Of a DNA stretch of 36,760 nt, positions 17,983 through 26,745 are shown one piece after another. A program made the translations under genes and the position numbers. Source of the DNA: a virus. Its lineage: Duplodnaviria > Caudoviricetes. Below the pieces are notes generated by a model. That model saw only the letters and a list, made by a program, of their open reading frames with translations, searched no databases and was not told where the DNA came from. How positions within the stretch are numbered: the first letter of the stretch is position 1; the number at the start of each line of letters is the position of its first letter. Location of the stretch: positions 1 through 36,760 of the IMG/VR virus record IMGVR_UViG_3300032212_000685, one strand, 5' to 3'.

Positions 17983-18441
17983 TTAAGTTTTACTCGGTAT
18001 TACATGACAAGATAATTCAGCTACACCACCAACCTCGGTGGTACTCGCTTTAAAAATCACGCCATTAATTTTTACTTGCTTGCTTATACCATCTGCCGCA
18101 GAGTTTATTACATCTGCAATCTGAAATTTTTGCTTGTCTGTTCTTGTCTCTGTGCCAATATGTCCAAATGCCATGCAACGCGTAACCGCATTCGTAGCGC
18201 CAACGGATGTTGGTAAGTAAGAATAAATACTCGATTGATTTCTACTAATGGATATAACAACGTTTTCTAAATTAGTGATAGCGACTAATGCGCTACCATT
18301 TTTAGCATGCTTCCAACCAGTGACTTGAAAGATTCCTTTCGCACCCGATACAAAAGATTTTATTCTGTCTGCATCATAAGCAGCAGACGCGATCATTGGC
18401 AGCGATATTGCCAAAATGCACCCGATTATTCTTATTTTCAT
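17983..18441 (-). CDS. secreted hypothetical protein
   Basis: GGGAG SD before MKIRIIGCILAISLPMIASA signal peptide. Confidence 0.7.
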   Translation of the reverse strand: MKIRIIGCILAISLPMIASAAYDADRIKSFVSGAKGIFQVTGWKHAKNGSALVAITNLENVVISISRNQSSIYSYLPTSVGATNAVTRCMAFGHIGTETRTDKQKFQIADVINSAADGISKQVKINGVIFKASTTEVGGVAELSCHVIPSKT

Positions 18442-18459
18442 GAATCTCCCCATTTCTTA

Positions 18460-18588
18460 TTGTTTAAACATCTTCAAAACCCCTTCAAAAACGGCACAGC
18501 GCCGATTTCACATCGGGGGTGATAACATCATGGCGGTATGGGGGTGATACCGGCCTTAAAACGGCTCTCAGGGCGAAAGCCAAATTTA
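18460..18588. other. candidate strong gyrase site-like central element
   Basis: GC-richer intergenic island near window midpoint (18380); cttcaaaa repeated at 11-bp spacing; GGGGGTGATA x2. Confidence 0.5.
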
Positions 18589-18984
18589 TTAAATTTCTAT
18601 TGTTTCATAATCTAAATTTGGCAAATCAACTTGTTCATTATCAAAGCTTTCAAATGGAGGGGGGAGCTCCATTATCCTCTGCATATCTTCAACTTGTTTT
18701 TTTAAGCTGACTGTATGATTGTCTTTGGTGGTGAATTTAGCTTCGACAAAGGGTTGATTGATTACTAATAGACCTGCCCTTAGTTCACGGTTTTCTTTTA
18801 GAGTATTAAAATAAGACGTTAGAAATAAAGTAATGGCAATACCTAAGCTCATCCACATAATAATATGCCAATAATATGGAACACCTTTTTTCTCAAGTTC
18901 TTCTAACGCTGTGGTTGATGTTATTTTTCTTGTTGTTGCGTTACTTTTTATTTCACTTAACCACTTTTTCCTTTTGTTGCTCAT
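18589..18984 (-). CDS. single-TM hypothetical protein co-oriented with repressor
   Basis: AAGGAG SD before MSNKRKK; TM WHIIMWMSLGIAITLFLTSYF. Confidence 0.65.
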   Translation of the reverse strand: MSNKRKKWLSEIKSNATTRKITSTTALEELEKKGVPYYWHIIMWMSLGIAITLFLTSYFNTLKENRELRAGLLVINQPFVEAKFTTKDNHTVSLKKQVEDMQRIMELPPPFESFDNEQVDLPNLDYETIEI

Positions 18985-19573
18985 CGAGTTCTCCTTGTTC
19001 TTGTACTTCTTCTTCAGCAAGTTGAAGTAAGTCGATTACGTTATCGGGGATATCACTATCATCATCATCTCGAATTAGGGGATATAACATTCGAATGACC
19101 TTGGCTTTTTTGGCGAGGGTTACCTTTAGGCCCAGCTCCTCAATATATACGTCTACGCATTCTATAGCAATTTCTAGGGCTTCTTGATCGAAGGGTTTTG
19201 AGTCGTTTTTTGTGCTCAGTACCACCTGATATAAGTCACGAGCCCACCCATCTATTCTTTCTACCCATTCACGCTTAATTTCGGGCTCTAACAGGATCTG
19301 TTTTAAGCCCTTAACTATATTAGTAACATAACTTTTTGCTTCGGAGACTTGATCGTCAAATGGTAATTGCTCTGACTTTTTACCAGTTACTATATATATG
19401 ATGTTCGCTCCAGCATTTGCAATACCTGCAAGGTAGTCAGCATCAGGCCTCCTGTCATCAGACTCATAATTACCTTGTGCTTGTCTTTTAACGCCACCTA
19501 GCTCACCAAAATCAGATTGGCTATATCCCAATCTTTTTCTCTCTTCTATTAATCTGCTTCCGATTGACGACAT
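18953..19573 (-). CDS. immunity repressor, XRE-family HTH
   Basis: IG.RL.EERKRLG.SQ.DF....GV....Q..YE...R.PDA.YL; divergent from ner. Confidence 0.9.
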   Translation of the reverse strand: MSSIGSRLIEERKRLGYSQSDFGELGGVKRQAQGNYESDDRRPDADYLAGIANAGANIIYIVTGKKSEQLPFDDQVSEAKSYVTNIVKGLKQILLEPEIKREWVERIDGWARDLYQVVLSTKNDSKPFDQEALEIAIECVDVYIEELGLKVTLAKKAKVIRMLYPLIRDDDDSDIPDNVIDLLQLAEEEVQEQGELDEQQKEKVVK

Positions 19574-19645
19574 TATTTACAATACACTCTTGACATTGTT
19601 TGCTTATGAGTACATATTGCGTTTCAAGGTTCAAATATGTACTTA
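19574..19645. promoter_or_regulatory. lysis/lysogeny switch: early promoter and operator
   Basis: TTGACA 19590-19595, 17 bp, CATATT 19613-19618; inverted repeat agtacatatt (19609-19618)/aatatgtact (19634-19643). Confidence 0.65.
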
Positions 19646-19721
19646 AATGAATACAAATAAAGGCGAGACTCTAATCTCACCAAAGTTGCTAACTAACTAT
19701 TTAAAAACGGTTGATTTGATT

Positions 19722-19964
19722 ATGCACCACGCAGATATTTTTTGCTTATTAATGAAGAAAAATGTGACGCTTTCTTCAGTTGCTAGTGAAGAGCAAGTGA
19801 CCCCCAGTTTTGTCAGCCAAGTCATACGCGGCAAAAAAATCAGCTTTTCAGTTGCTACTGCCATTGCTGCGAAAGTAGACAAAAGCCTCAACACACTTTG
19901 GCCAGGTAAATATGACCATACTCCGCGTCCATTACGTCGTGCATCTTCACGGGTGGCTGCATGA
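19722..19964 (+). CDS. ner: Ner-like HTH regulator (start revised to MHHADI)
   Basis: H.ADI...L...T, VS.VI.G, IA......LWP..Y; first early gene. Confidence 0.8.
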   Translation: MHHADIFCLLMKKNVTLSSVASEEQVTPSFVSQVIRGKKISFSVATAIAAKVDKSLNTLWPGKYDHTPRPLRRASSRVAA

Positions 19965-20443
19965 TTAATCATCCTTTAGAAAAGGGTTTGGTAAAACAAA
20001 CGGCCAAACCTCAATGGAACAGGTTCGTAAACTTCGATGAATCTGGTATGCATCTGCAGCCATTTGACGATAACTTCCCCCTGGTTTCAGATCTGGATCA
20101 TCCAGCGCAGTCAAAAACTTGGCTGCAAGTTGAAAGTTCCAATAAGCCGCAAATGCCAATTTGGTTTGATTGTCTTTCCAGCGCTTTTTGCTTTTGCGCT
20201 GTGAAGGTGTTGCAGCCATGTATTCATTTATATCTTGGTTATTCTCTTCCCGCCATTCGCGAAACGCCGAAAGACCCAGCTTCTTTAATTCGCTTTGCAA
20301 TGACACTGCCTGCTCATCCGTTAAGTCGCCGACAACTTCTTTTGCCAGTTCTCTTGCGTTGGCGGCGTATTTATAAACGTGTTGCATTGTGGGTCTCCTT
20401 GTCGTTTCGATTGAAAAATACTACCCCTAAAAAGGAAAAATAA
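19961..20443 (+). CDS. 160-codon bridge ORF antisense to 19965-20387
   Basis: ATGA overlap with ner stop; TAA 2 nt before next GTG; no recognisable domain. Confidence 0.4.
   Translation: MINHPLEKGLVKQTAKPQWNRFVNFDESGMHLQPFDDNFPLVSDLDHPAQSKTWLQVESSNKPQMPIWFDCLSSAFCFCAVKVLQPCIHLYLGYSLPAIRETPKDPASLIRFAMTLPAHPLSRRQLLLPVLLRWRRIYKRVALWVSLSFRLKNTTPKKEK
19965..20387 (-). CDS. hypothetical protein, antisense within early operon
   Basis: AAGGAG SD 7 nt before ATG; protein-like helical composition; TAGTAT upstream. Confidence 0.7.
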   Translation of the reverse strand: MQHVYKYAANARELAKEVVGDLTDEQAVSLQSELKKLGLSAFREWREENNQDINEYMAATPSQRKSKKRWKDNQTKLAFAAYWNFQLAAKFLTALDDPDLKPGGSYRQMAADAYQIHRSLRTCSIEVWPFVLPNPFLKDD

Positions 20444-20445
20444 CA

Positions 20446-20919
20446 GTGGAAAATAACGATAAAAAAATTACCAGCAATCAGGGAGATTTGTTCCAGCAAC
20501 TTGCTGAACACGAGCCGGACTACTTGTCTGATAACGCGCCTGAGTTAGATATCGAACAAGAATTCATGGGGCAGATTAAATATGCCTTACGTCAATCTAA
20601 AAAACGTGGGCTTAGTCGAGAGCGCATTATTGAGCGTATGAACTTGTGCTTGCCAGAAGAGCTTCACATCACAAAGCGTCAACTTGATGCCTGGTGTGCG
20701 GAGTCAAAAGAATACCACCACTTCCCAGCTATTTATTTACCTGCATTTATTTGGGCGGTGAGAGGTGTGCTTAGACCACTTGAAGTTTTAACGGGTGCAT
20801 TAGATTTAGTTGTTCTTGATGAGCATGAGCAAGAAATTGTTGAACTAGGTCGAGCGCATTTAACACAAGTGCAAGCAAGTAAAACAGCTCGCTTAATTAA
20901 AAAGAAATTCAATATTTAA
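20446..20919 (+). CDS. phage regulatory protein (CII-like)
   Basis: SR..I..RM, LDAW.AESK..H.FP..YLPAF pattern of early Mu-like genes. Confidence 0.6.
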   Translation: MENNDKKITSNQGDLFQQLAEHEPDYLSDNAPELDIEQEFMGQIKYALRQSKKRGLSRERIIERMNLCLPEELHITKRQLDAWCAESKEYHHFPAIYLPAFIWAVRGVLRPLEVLTGALDLVVLDEHEQEIVELGRAHLTQVQASKTARLIKKKFNI

Positions 20920-20937
20920 GATAAGGAGAAATGATAA

Positions 20938-21327
20938 GTGAACCTCACACTTGAAGATTTACAAAAGGCTGCGACACAAGCAGCAGAAGAGGCAAAAGGC
21001 CAAACTTCTGATGAACTACTTGAGAAAGTAGCCAGCCATCATCGAGAAAATATTCAGAGAGCTATTCAACAAGGATATGCATTTAAATCTGTGTTGCTTA
21101 AGGAAGGCAGTGAAGTGCTGACTGACTTATCTGCAGAACACGGCATGTCAATTATGTATGTCCATGCGGCTATCAAAGTTTTTGACATTGCAATCACTCT
21201 AGCAGAAACGATTGAAGATAATAATGAACTACTCAAACAGGTTGGTCTGTCTCCTGAGTTTGAACATTATGACGCCCTTTCTCATCAAGAAATTTTAACT
21301 TCTATAAGAGGATTAATTAATGAGTAA
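20938..21327 (+). CDS. hypothetical protein
   Basis: AAGGAG upstream; overlaps next gene. Confidence 0.65.
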   Translation: MNLTLEDLQKAATQAAEEAKGQTSDELLEKVASHHRENIQRAIQQGYAFKSVLLKEGSEVLTDLSAEHGMSIMYVHAAIKVFDIAITLAETIEDNNELLKQVGLSPEFEHYDALSHQEILTSIRGLINE

Positions 21328-22309
21328 AGATATAGCAAATATTCCAACACATATAGCCAACTTCATTAGTGGTTTAAAACTTAAGCCGATTTCTGACGTT
21401 ATGGCATCAGCACCTAAAGAAAGATTTAAGCATGCGGCAATTGGTGACCAGCTTGAATTAGCAGGTGTTTTATATAAAGGGTTCTCCTTGTTGGATTTGA
21501 AAGATGGACTTGGGCATGGGAAATATATGTCGGGTTTGGTTAGCAATAATATTGAGCCTACCGGTGCATGGAGAGCACAAAGTTTAGCCAAATTAAGCTT
21601 ACGTACACATTCTTCAAATTTTGCAGCGCTGCAAAATTTGCCCCCTACAAAACTAGCCATGATGGTGAAGTGGGATGATAAAGAATTAAATGAATTTTTC
21701 TCAGGCAAAGAAGTTAGGGGTATTACCTATGATGATGCTGTAGTTATTCCAACGCGAGAAATGGAACAGCGATTAAAACAAGCACAACGCAGCAACAATG
21801 AACTGGAACAAGAGCTGGATAAAGTAAACCAAGAAAACTCTAAACTACATGAACAAATAAAACTCAGCCGTAAGAAGCAAAATAGTTTAGAAGGTTTTAA
21901 TTATCCGCTTTCTGTTGAGCGGGTGCGCATTGAGTCTTCTGTTTTATCTGCACAGGCTGTTCAGTTTATTGACGACATGGAACAGCTTGCTGTTGAACTT
22001 ACCCAAGCTTCTGACCTTAGTAAAGATAAAAAGAAACAAGAGGCTGAATTCTCAGCAGGTGCATCATCTTTATATTTAAACCTTAAAGCTATTCAGTCTA
22101 AGTCAGCCTATTTAATGAAGTGGTTTGCTGAAACCATCGGTGAAGATTATTTGCCTGACAATCCAGAAGATGTGCCATCGATGACATTGGAAGAAGCAGA
22201 AAAAGTTCATTCATTACATAAATTATTGTTGGCTGAAGCACGACTTGAATCTAAGTCACGTGATAGCCAAAGAAAAACAAAACGCAAAAATAAAAAGGCT
22301 ATGAAATGA
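21320..22309 (+). CDS. DUF3102-like coiled-coil protein preceding transposase
   Basis: G..LL.LK....HG.. motif; coiled coil; ATGA-coupled to transposase. Confidence 0.6.
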   Translation: MSKDIANIPTHIANFISGLKLKPISDVMASAPKERFKHAAIGDQLELAGVLYKGFSLLDLKDGLGHGKYMSGLVSNNIEPTGAWRAQSLAKLSLRTHSSNFAALQNLPPTKLAMMVKWDDKELNEFFSGKEVRGITYDDAVVIPTREMEQRLKQAQRSNNELEQELDKVNQENSKLHEQIKLSRKKQNSLEGFNYPLSVERVRIESSVLSAQAVQFIDDMEQLAVELTQASDLSKDKKKQEAEFSAGASSLYLNLKAIQSKSAYLMKWFAETIGEDYLPDNPEDVPSMTLEEAEKVHSLHKLLLAEARLESKSRDSQRKTKRKNKKAMK

Positions 22310-23982
22310 AATCTTCGCCCAGCCTTAAAATAGTGAGTGATAGCACCGAACTTGTGACTGCAGATGATGCATGGCAGCGCATCCCAGAAAGCAAGCAATT
22401 GATCGCAAATGACCGAGGCTTAATTGTAAAAGAAGCAAAGCGTATTGCTGATTCTGAAGGTCGAGCGTTGCGTGATGCAATTGAGATCATGCTACTACGT
22501 ATGGAGGTTGAGGAAGATGTTGATACTAACCTTATTAAAATTGCTAAAACATTAGGTAAAAAAGGAAAGATACCCAGCTATTCAACCATCAACCGTTGGG
22601 TTAAAGATTTTAATAAGCTTGGCATCATTGGCTTAGCACCCAGACATAAAGGCAGCGAGCAAAAAGTGTATGGCTGGGAAGCTCGAGCCATGTGCCTTTA
22701 TAACAAACCTAGCAAGCCTGATATTAATGCCGTAGCACGTAAGTTGATGTCTGAAGGATTCAAAAACGTAACTTATGATCGAGTATACCGTTTCATCACT
22801 TCATTACCTGCACAAAAAGGTGAGATGAGTCGTGGTCGACTTGGGCCACGTTTATATGAGAACACCCAAAAAACATTTAAGCGACGCAGCACTGAACACT
22901 TGCCTGTTGGTTCATGCTTTCAGGGTGATGGACATACTCTTGATATTTATATGCAACACCCTACGGGTAAAAAACCGTGGCGTGCTGAACTGACTTTATG
23001 GATTGATGTGACGAGCCGTTATGTTGTGGGCTGGTATTTGTCTGAAGCGGAAAGTGCACACTCTACTTTATTTGCTTTAAGTTATTCCATTCTCAAACAT
23101 GACCATGTGCCAGCCATTTTACATATTGATAATGGCTCGGGTTATAAAAACAAAATGATGGGTGATGACTCAACAGGTTTTTATGCAAGGCTTGGCATAG
23201 ATGTAATGCATTCACGACCTTACAACGCAAAAGCAAAAGGTCAAGTTGAACGTTTCTTTGGCACGATGGAGCGTGACTTTAATAAGTGGTTTGATTCTTA
23301 TTGCGGTGCAGATATGGCCGATGAAGCGATTCAACTTTTATTAAAGAAATATAAAAAAGGTGAGGCAACATTACCTACACGTGAGCAATGGATGGCCGCA
23401 TTCACTGATTGGCTAGAGCAATATCATAACAAGCCACATGGTGGTCTTGATGGAAGAACACCGGCTGAGCTTTGGGCAACGCTTGAACGCCACCCTGTTG
23501 AAATGAAAAGCACAGCTATCTTCTGGCCTCGTGTCACACGTACTGTTAAGCGCCAAGCTATTACTTTAGATAAACGTGAATACATGGCTCCTGATCTTAT
23601 TCAATACAACAACAAGAAACTCACTGTTGAATATAACCTTCATGATGACAGCATGGTTCGCATACTTGATGACAAAGGTCGTTGGTTGTGTGATGCCACG
23701 TTAGTCACCAAACAAGACTATCTTCCTGCTTCTCGCCTTGAAGAAGCAAAACAAAAACGCCTGGCTTCATCCATTAAACGATTGGAAGTGCATGCTCAAG
23801 AAAAAAGAGATCGTGCTGGATTATCAATTACGCACGATCAAATTATTGATGATGTTGAAATGCTTGAGAATCAATGTGATTCAACATTGTTAGAAAAGAC
23901 AACGGGAACCGAAGTTCCCGTTGATATCAACATCGGTGTACAGACCGAAGATGATATTGATTTTAACGATATCGATTATTAA
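22306..23982 (+). CDS. DDE transposase, MuA-like
   Basis: QGDGHT, HIDNGSGY, KGQVERFF catalytic triad; PS..TI.RW HTH; YHNKPH..L...TP. Confidence 0.95.
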   Translation: MKSSPSLKIVSDSTELVTADDAWQRIPESKQLIANDRGLIVKEAKRIADSEGRALRDAIEIMLLRMEVEEDVDTNLIKIAKTLGKKGKIPSYSTINRWVKDFNKLGIIGLAPRHKGSEQKVYGWEARAMCLYNKPSKPDINAVARKLMSEGFKNVTYDRVYRFITSLPAQKGEMSRGRLGPRLYENTQKTFKRRSTEHLPVGSCFQGDGHTLDIYMQHPTGKKPWRAELTLWIDVTSRYVVGWYLSEAESAHSTLFALSYSILKHDHVPAILHIDNGSGYKNKMMGDDSTGFYARLGIDVMHSRPYNAKAKGQVERFFGTMERDFNKWFDSYCGADMADEAIQLLLKKYKKGEATLPTREQWMAAFTDWLEQYHNKPHGGLDGRTPAELWATLERHPVEMKSTAIFWPRVTRTVKRQAITLDKREYMAPDLIQYNNKKLTVEYNLHDDSMVRILDDKGRWLCDATLVTKQDYLPASRLEEAKQKRLASSIKRLEVHAQEKRDRAGLSITHDQIIDDVEMLENQCDSTLLEKTTGTEVPVDINIGVQTEDDIDFNDIDY

Positions 23983-24014
23983 CGAACTTAAAACCAACAA
24001 GAGGATTATATCAG

Positions 24015-25073
24015 ATGGGTCAAGCAACAGCTATACCGCACCAACAAAGCACGCAGGAATATCCTGAAACATGCCATGCCATTTACACAGAGAACGACAT
24101 CAAAGATGTATATAGCATTGTCGACTGGATTAATGATGGCCAACATCATGAGCCTGGCTATAAAAACCAACGCTCACAAACCAAACTAAGCAAGGCATCA
24201 AAAGTTAATGATTCCACATTGAACACCATTCTTCGTGGTAAGTATGTGAGCTCGCCAACCAAGTTTATTAAAAAAATGTTGGATGCCATTCGTCGTTGGG
24301 ATATGCGTGAAGAAGAAGGTGTGCATGACTGTGCCTTTGTTGAAACGTCTGTTTACCGAACAGGCATTGCAGCCTGTAAGCGTGCTCACCTATATCGTAA
24401 CTTTGCTGTATTGAGCGCCTTCGTTGGTACCGGCAAAACGCGCACCTTAAAACATTATGCAGCCAATAATTCAAATGTCGTTTTAATTGAAGCAACACCT
24501 GATATGAATGCCTCTGTATTGGTATCAGAGTTAGTTCACCAGACAGGTGCGGTGGTTCATAAAACAAATAAATATTCTGCAGGTACCAAAGCTGAAAAAA
24601 CAGCAGCGATTATTAATGCCTTAAAAGGTTCAGACAGTTTATTGATATTGGACGAAGCCGAAACGGTGAGTACAGCCACTCTGGAATACGTTCGACGCAT
24701 AAGTGATAAAGCAAACATCGGTGTTGTTTTATCTGGCACAGAAAAACTTCAACCTCTTATTAAAGATCCACAAGGTCGCTTTGGACAGATTAGTTCACGA
24801 GTTGGTTTCTGGCCACCGGTTATTAAAGGGATCACGCAAGATGATTCTGATGCGTTAGCAATGGCTGCTTTAAGTGATTTCGATATAGAGCTTACTGAAG
24901 AAATATTGGATGCCTTTTGGCAGATGTGTGATGGCTCTGCACGTGTACTTGTCTCAGCACTTATTCCTGGCATTAAAGATTATGGATTGAAAAAGAAAAA
25001 AGAGCTCACGCCAGAACTTATTTTTAAAGTTGGCCAGACGTTACTTGGCTTCAAAAAAGCACGGAGGGTTTAA
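24015..25073 (+). CDS. transposition AAA+ ATPase, MuB-like
   Basis: N-terminal HTH (SQ..L.......STL..IL.GKY), VGTGKT Walker A, LLILDEAE Walker B, Q..SRVG. Confidence 0.93.
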   Translation: MGQATAIPHQQSTQEYPETCHAIYTENDIKDVYSIVDWINDGQHHEPGYKNQRSQTKLSKASKVNDSTLNTILRGKYVSSPTKFIKKMLDAIRRWDMREEEGVHDCAFVETSVYRTGIAACKRAHLYRNFAVLSAFVGTGKTRTLKHYAANNSNVVLIEATPDMNASVLVSELVHQTGAVVHKTNKYSAGTKAEKTAAIINALKGSDSLLILDEAETVSTATLEYVRRISDKANIGVVLSGTEKLQPLIKDPQGRFGQISSRVGFWPPVIKGITQDDSDALAMAALSDFDIELTEEILDAFWQMCDGSARVLVSALIPGIKDYGLKKKKELTPELIFKVGQTLLGFKKARRV

Positions 25074-25432
25074 TGATGCAAACGTACAGCGATGAATACA
25101 TTGAATACTGGGCAGAAGTTTATTTGCAAAATGAAATATCTAAAAAATTCATTTACTTTGAAGCTTTCTTACAAGACCCAGAAAGTATTTTATATGCGGT
25201 TCAATCAACTGATGCATTACTGGCTGCTGTTGATGAATTAGATACCTTGCTTCCTGGTCATGAAGATGTTGATGAAGCAGAAGCTATGCAAGAAGAAATG
25301 GAATCCGCTTATGAGCGGCAAGGTCATGTTCTTGAAATGCAGGGCGATAAAACGATTGAAAAATTTCATCATCATGATCCTGCTAAAAAGTGGAAAACAA
25401 ACACGGGCAATAAATCAAGGAGAGCATCATGA
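25073..25432 (+). CDS. acidic hypothetical protein
   Basis: Coupled to B stop; GGAGG SD. Confidence 0.65.
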   Translation: MMQTYSDEYIEYWAEVYLQNEISKKFIYFEAFLQDPESILYAVQSTDALLAAVDELDTLLPGHEDVDEAEAMQEEMESAYERQGHVLEMQGDKTIEKFHHHDPAKKWKTNTGNKSRRAS

Positions 25433-25617
25433 GTGAGTCAATTGGATATTGTGAGTGTTGCGGTTTAATGGAGCATCACCGCGTCGACGGGTTGTGTTCT
25501 CTCTGCATTAAAAAGGCAGTGAACTTTGATGACATTAAAGATGATATCACTCTAGGTGTTGAGGCTGCTGATGTATCAACAGTGAAAGGTTTTAATGGAG
25601 ATAGTCATGGACGCTAG
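25429..25617 (+). CDS. small Zn-finger-like protein
   Basis: CECC...CSLC; ATGA overlap. Confidence 0.6.
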   Translation: MSESIGYCECCGLMEHHRVDGLCSLCIKKAVNFDDIKDDITLGVEAADVSTVKGFNGDSHGR

Positions 25618-26209
25618 TGTTGAAACACATTCTGGTCGCATGGTGCATTTTCTATCTCCGCAAATTGATCAGATTGCCTTTGCTGATATTGCCTGGGCGT
25701 TGTCTCGTGCCTCACGTTACAACGGGCATACTCAGGGTGAACATCCATACTCTGTTGCACAACATTCGGTATGGGTTGCTTTTGTTACTCAGCATTATTT
25801 TGATGCTGACAAAGCAACAACCTTACAGGCTTTATTTCATGATGCGCATGAAGCATACACCGGAGATATGGCAACACCACTAAAATCAATCCCTGGCGTT
25901 TTTGAAAACATTAAACCTATCGAGCATCGCTTGCAGTGTGCTATTCATGCAGCGCTTGATATTCCAGAACCCACCGATGCTGATTTAATCACAATCAAAC
26001 AAGCAGACCAGTTTGCGCTTGCAGTCGAAGCACATCATTTAATGTATTCAAACGGTAAAGGCTGGGCATGTAAAGAAGATGTGCCTGAAGATTTATATGG
26101 TCTTTTCTGGCGAACATTGCCCGTGCAAGAAGCGCATGAATTATTCTGGATGGCAAAAAATTATATCGACCGTGGTTTTAAACTGGAGGAACTATGGCGC
26201 TCCATTTAA
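25607..26209 (+). CDS. HD-domain phosphohydrolase (YfdR/5'-deoxynucleotidase-like)
   Basis: DIA.ALS...RY.GH, YSVAQHS, HDAHEAY.GD..TP.K, K.AD...L..E. Confidence 0.88.
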   Translation: MDASVETHSGRMVHFLSPQIDQIAFADIAWALSRASRYNGHTQGEHPYSVAQHSVWVAFVTQHYFDADKATTLQALFHDAHEAYTGDMATPLKSIPGVFENIKPIEHRLQCAIHAALDIPEPTDADLITIKQADQFALAVEAHHLMYSNGKGWACKEDVPEDLYGLFWRTLPVQEAHELFWMAKNYIDRGFKLEELWRSI

Positions 26210-26745
26210 GTTGCCCTGAATGTGCAGCACAGTTCGACTTGAGCCAGGCAGTGGAAGATGCTGATGCACGACGATTAATGGATTTAATTAAAGACATTCA
26301 ACCATTAGTGATCAGACCTTACTTTCGCTACTTAAAATTATTCAAACCACAAAAGCAAGGTTTGCGTTGGTCAAAAATGTTAACGCTGACAAAAGAACTG
26401 GCTCCGATGATTAAGGCTGCACAAATAAAACATAACCATGCAGTGTATGCCGTGCCACCGACCGCGTGGGCAGATGCAATGAATGAACTGGTCGATAACC
26501 CTCCGGCCACTTTAAAGCTGCCATTAAAAGGACACGGGTACTTATTAACAATTTTATCAGCCAATGCTGAAAAGGTTGCTGCAAAAGAAGAACGTAAAAC
26601 AGAAGAAAGAAAGCAACGTCCACGTGAAGGCATTGAACAACAGCCTAACCAAGTATCGAACGTGATCAAAAAAGCAAGACCGAAAATGCCAGATGGTTAT
26701 TTAAGAAATTCAATCTATGGAACTAAAAACAACCAAGGGGAATGA
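26194..26745 (+). CDS. conserved Mu-like phage protein with CxxC
   Basis: CPECAA, YL.LF.P....L.W, LPLK.HGYL. Confidence 0.7.
   Translation: MALHLSCPECAAQFDLSQAVEDADARRLMDLIKDIQPLVIRPYFRYLKLFKPQKQGLRWSKMLTLTKELAPMIKAAQIKHNHAVYAVPPTAWADAMNELVDNPPATLKLPLKGHGYLLTILSANAEKVAAKEERKTEERKQRPREGIEQQPNQVSNVIKKARPKMPDGYLRNSIYGTKNNQGE

Noticed and set aside
18515-18549. GGGGGTGATA repeats as CRISPR or transposase end sites
   Set aside because: Only two 10-bp copies, no array, no cas genes, and internal rather than terminal
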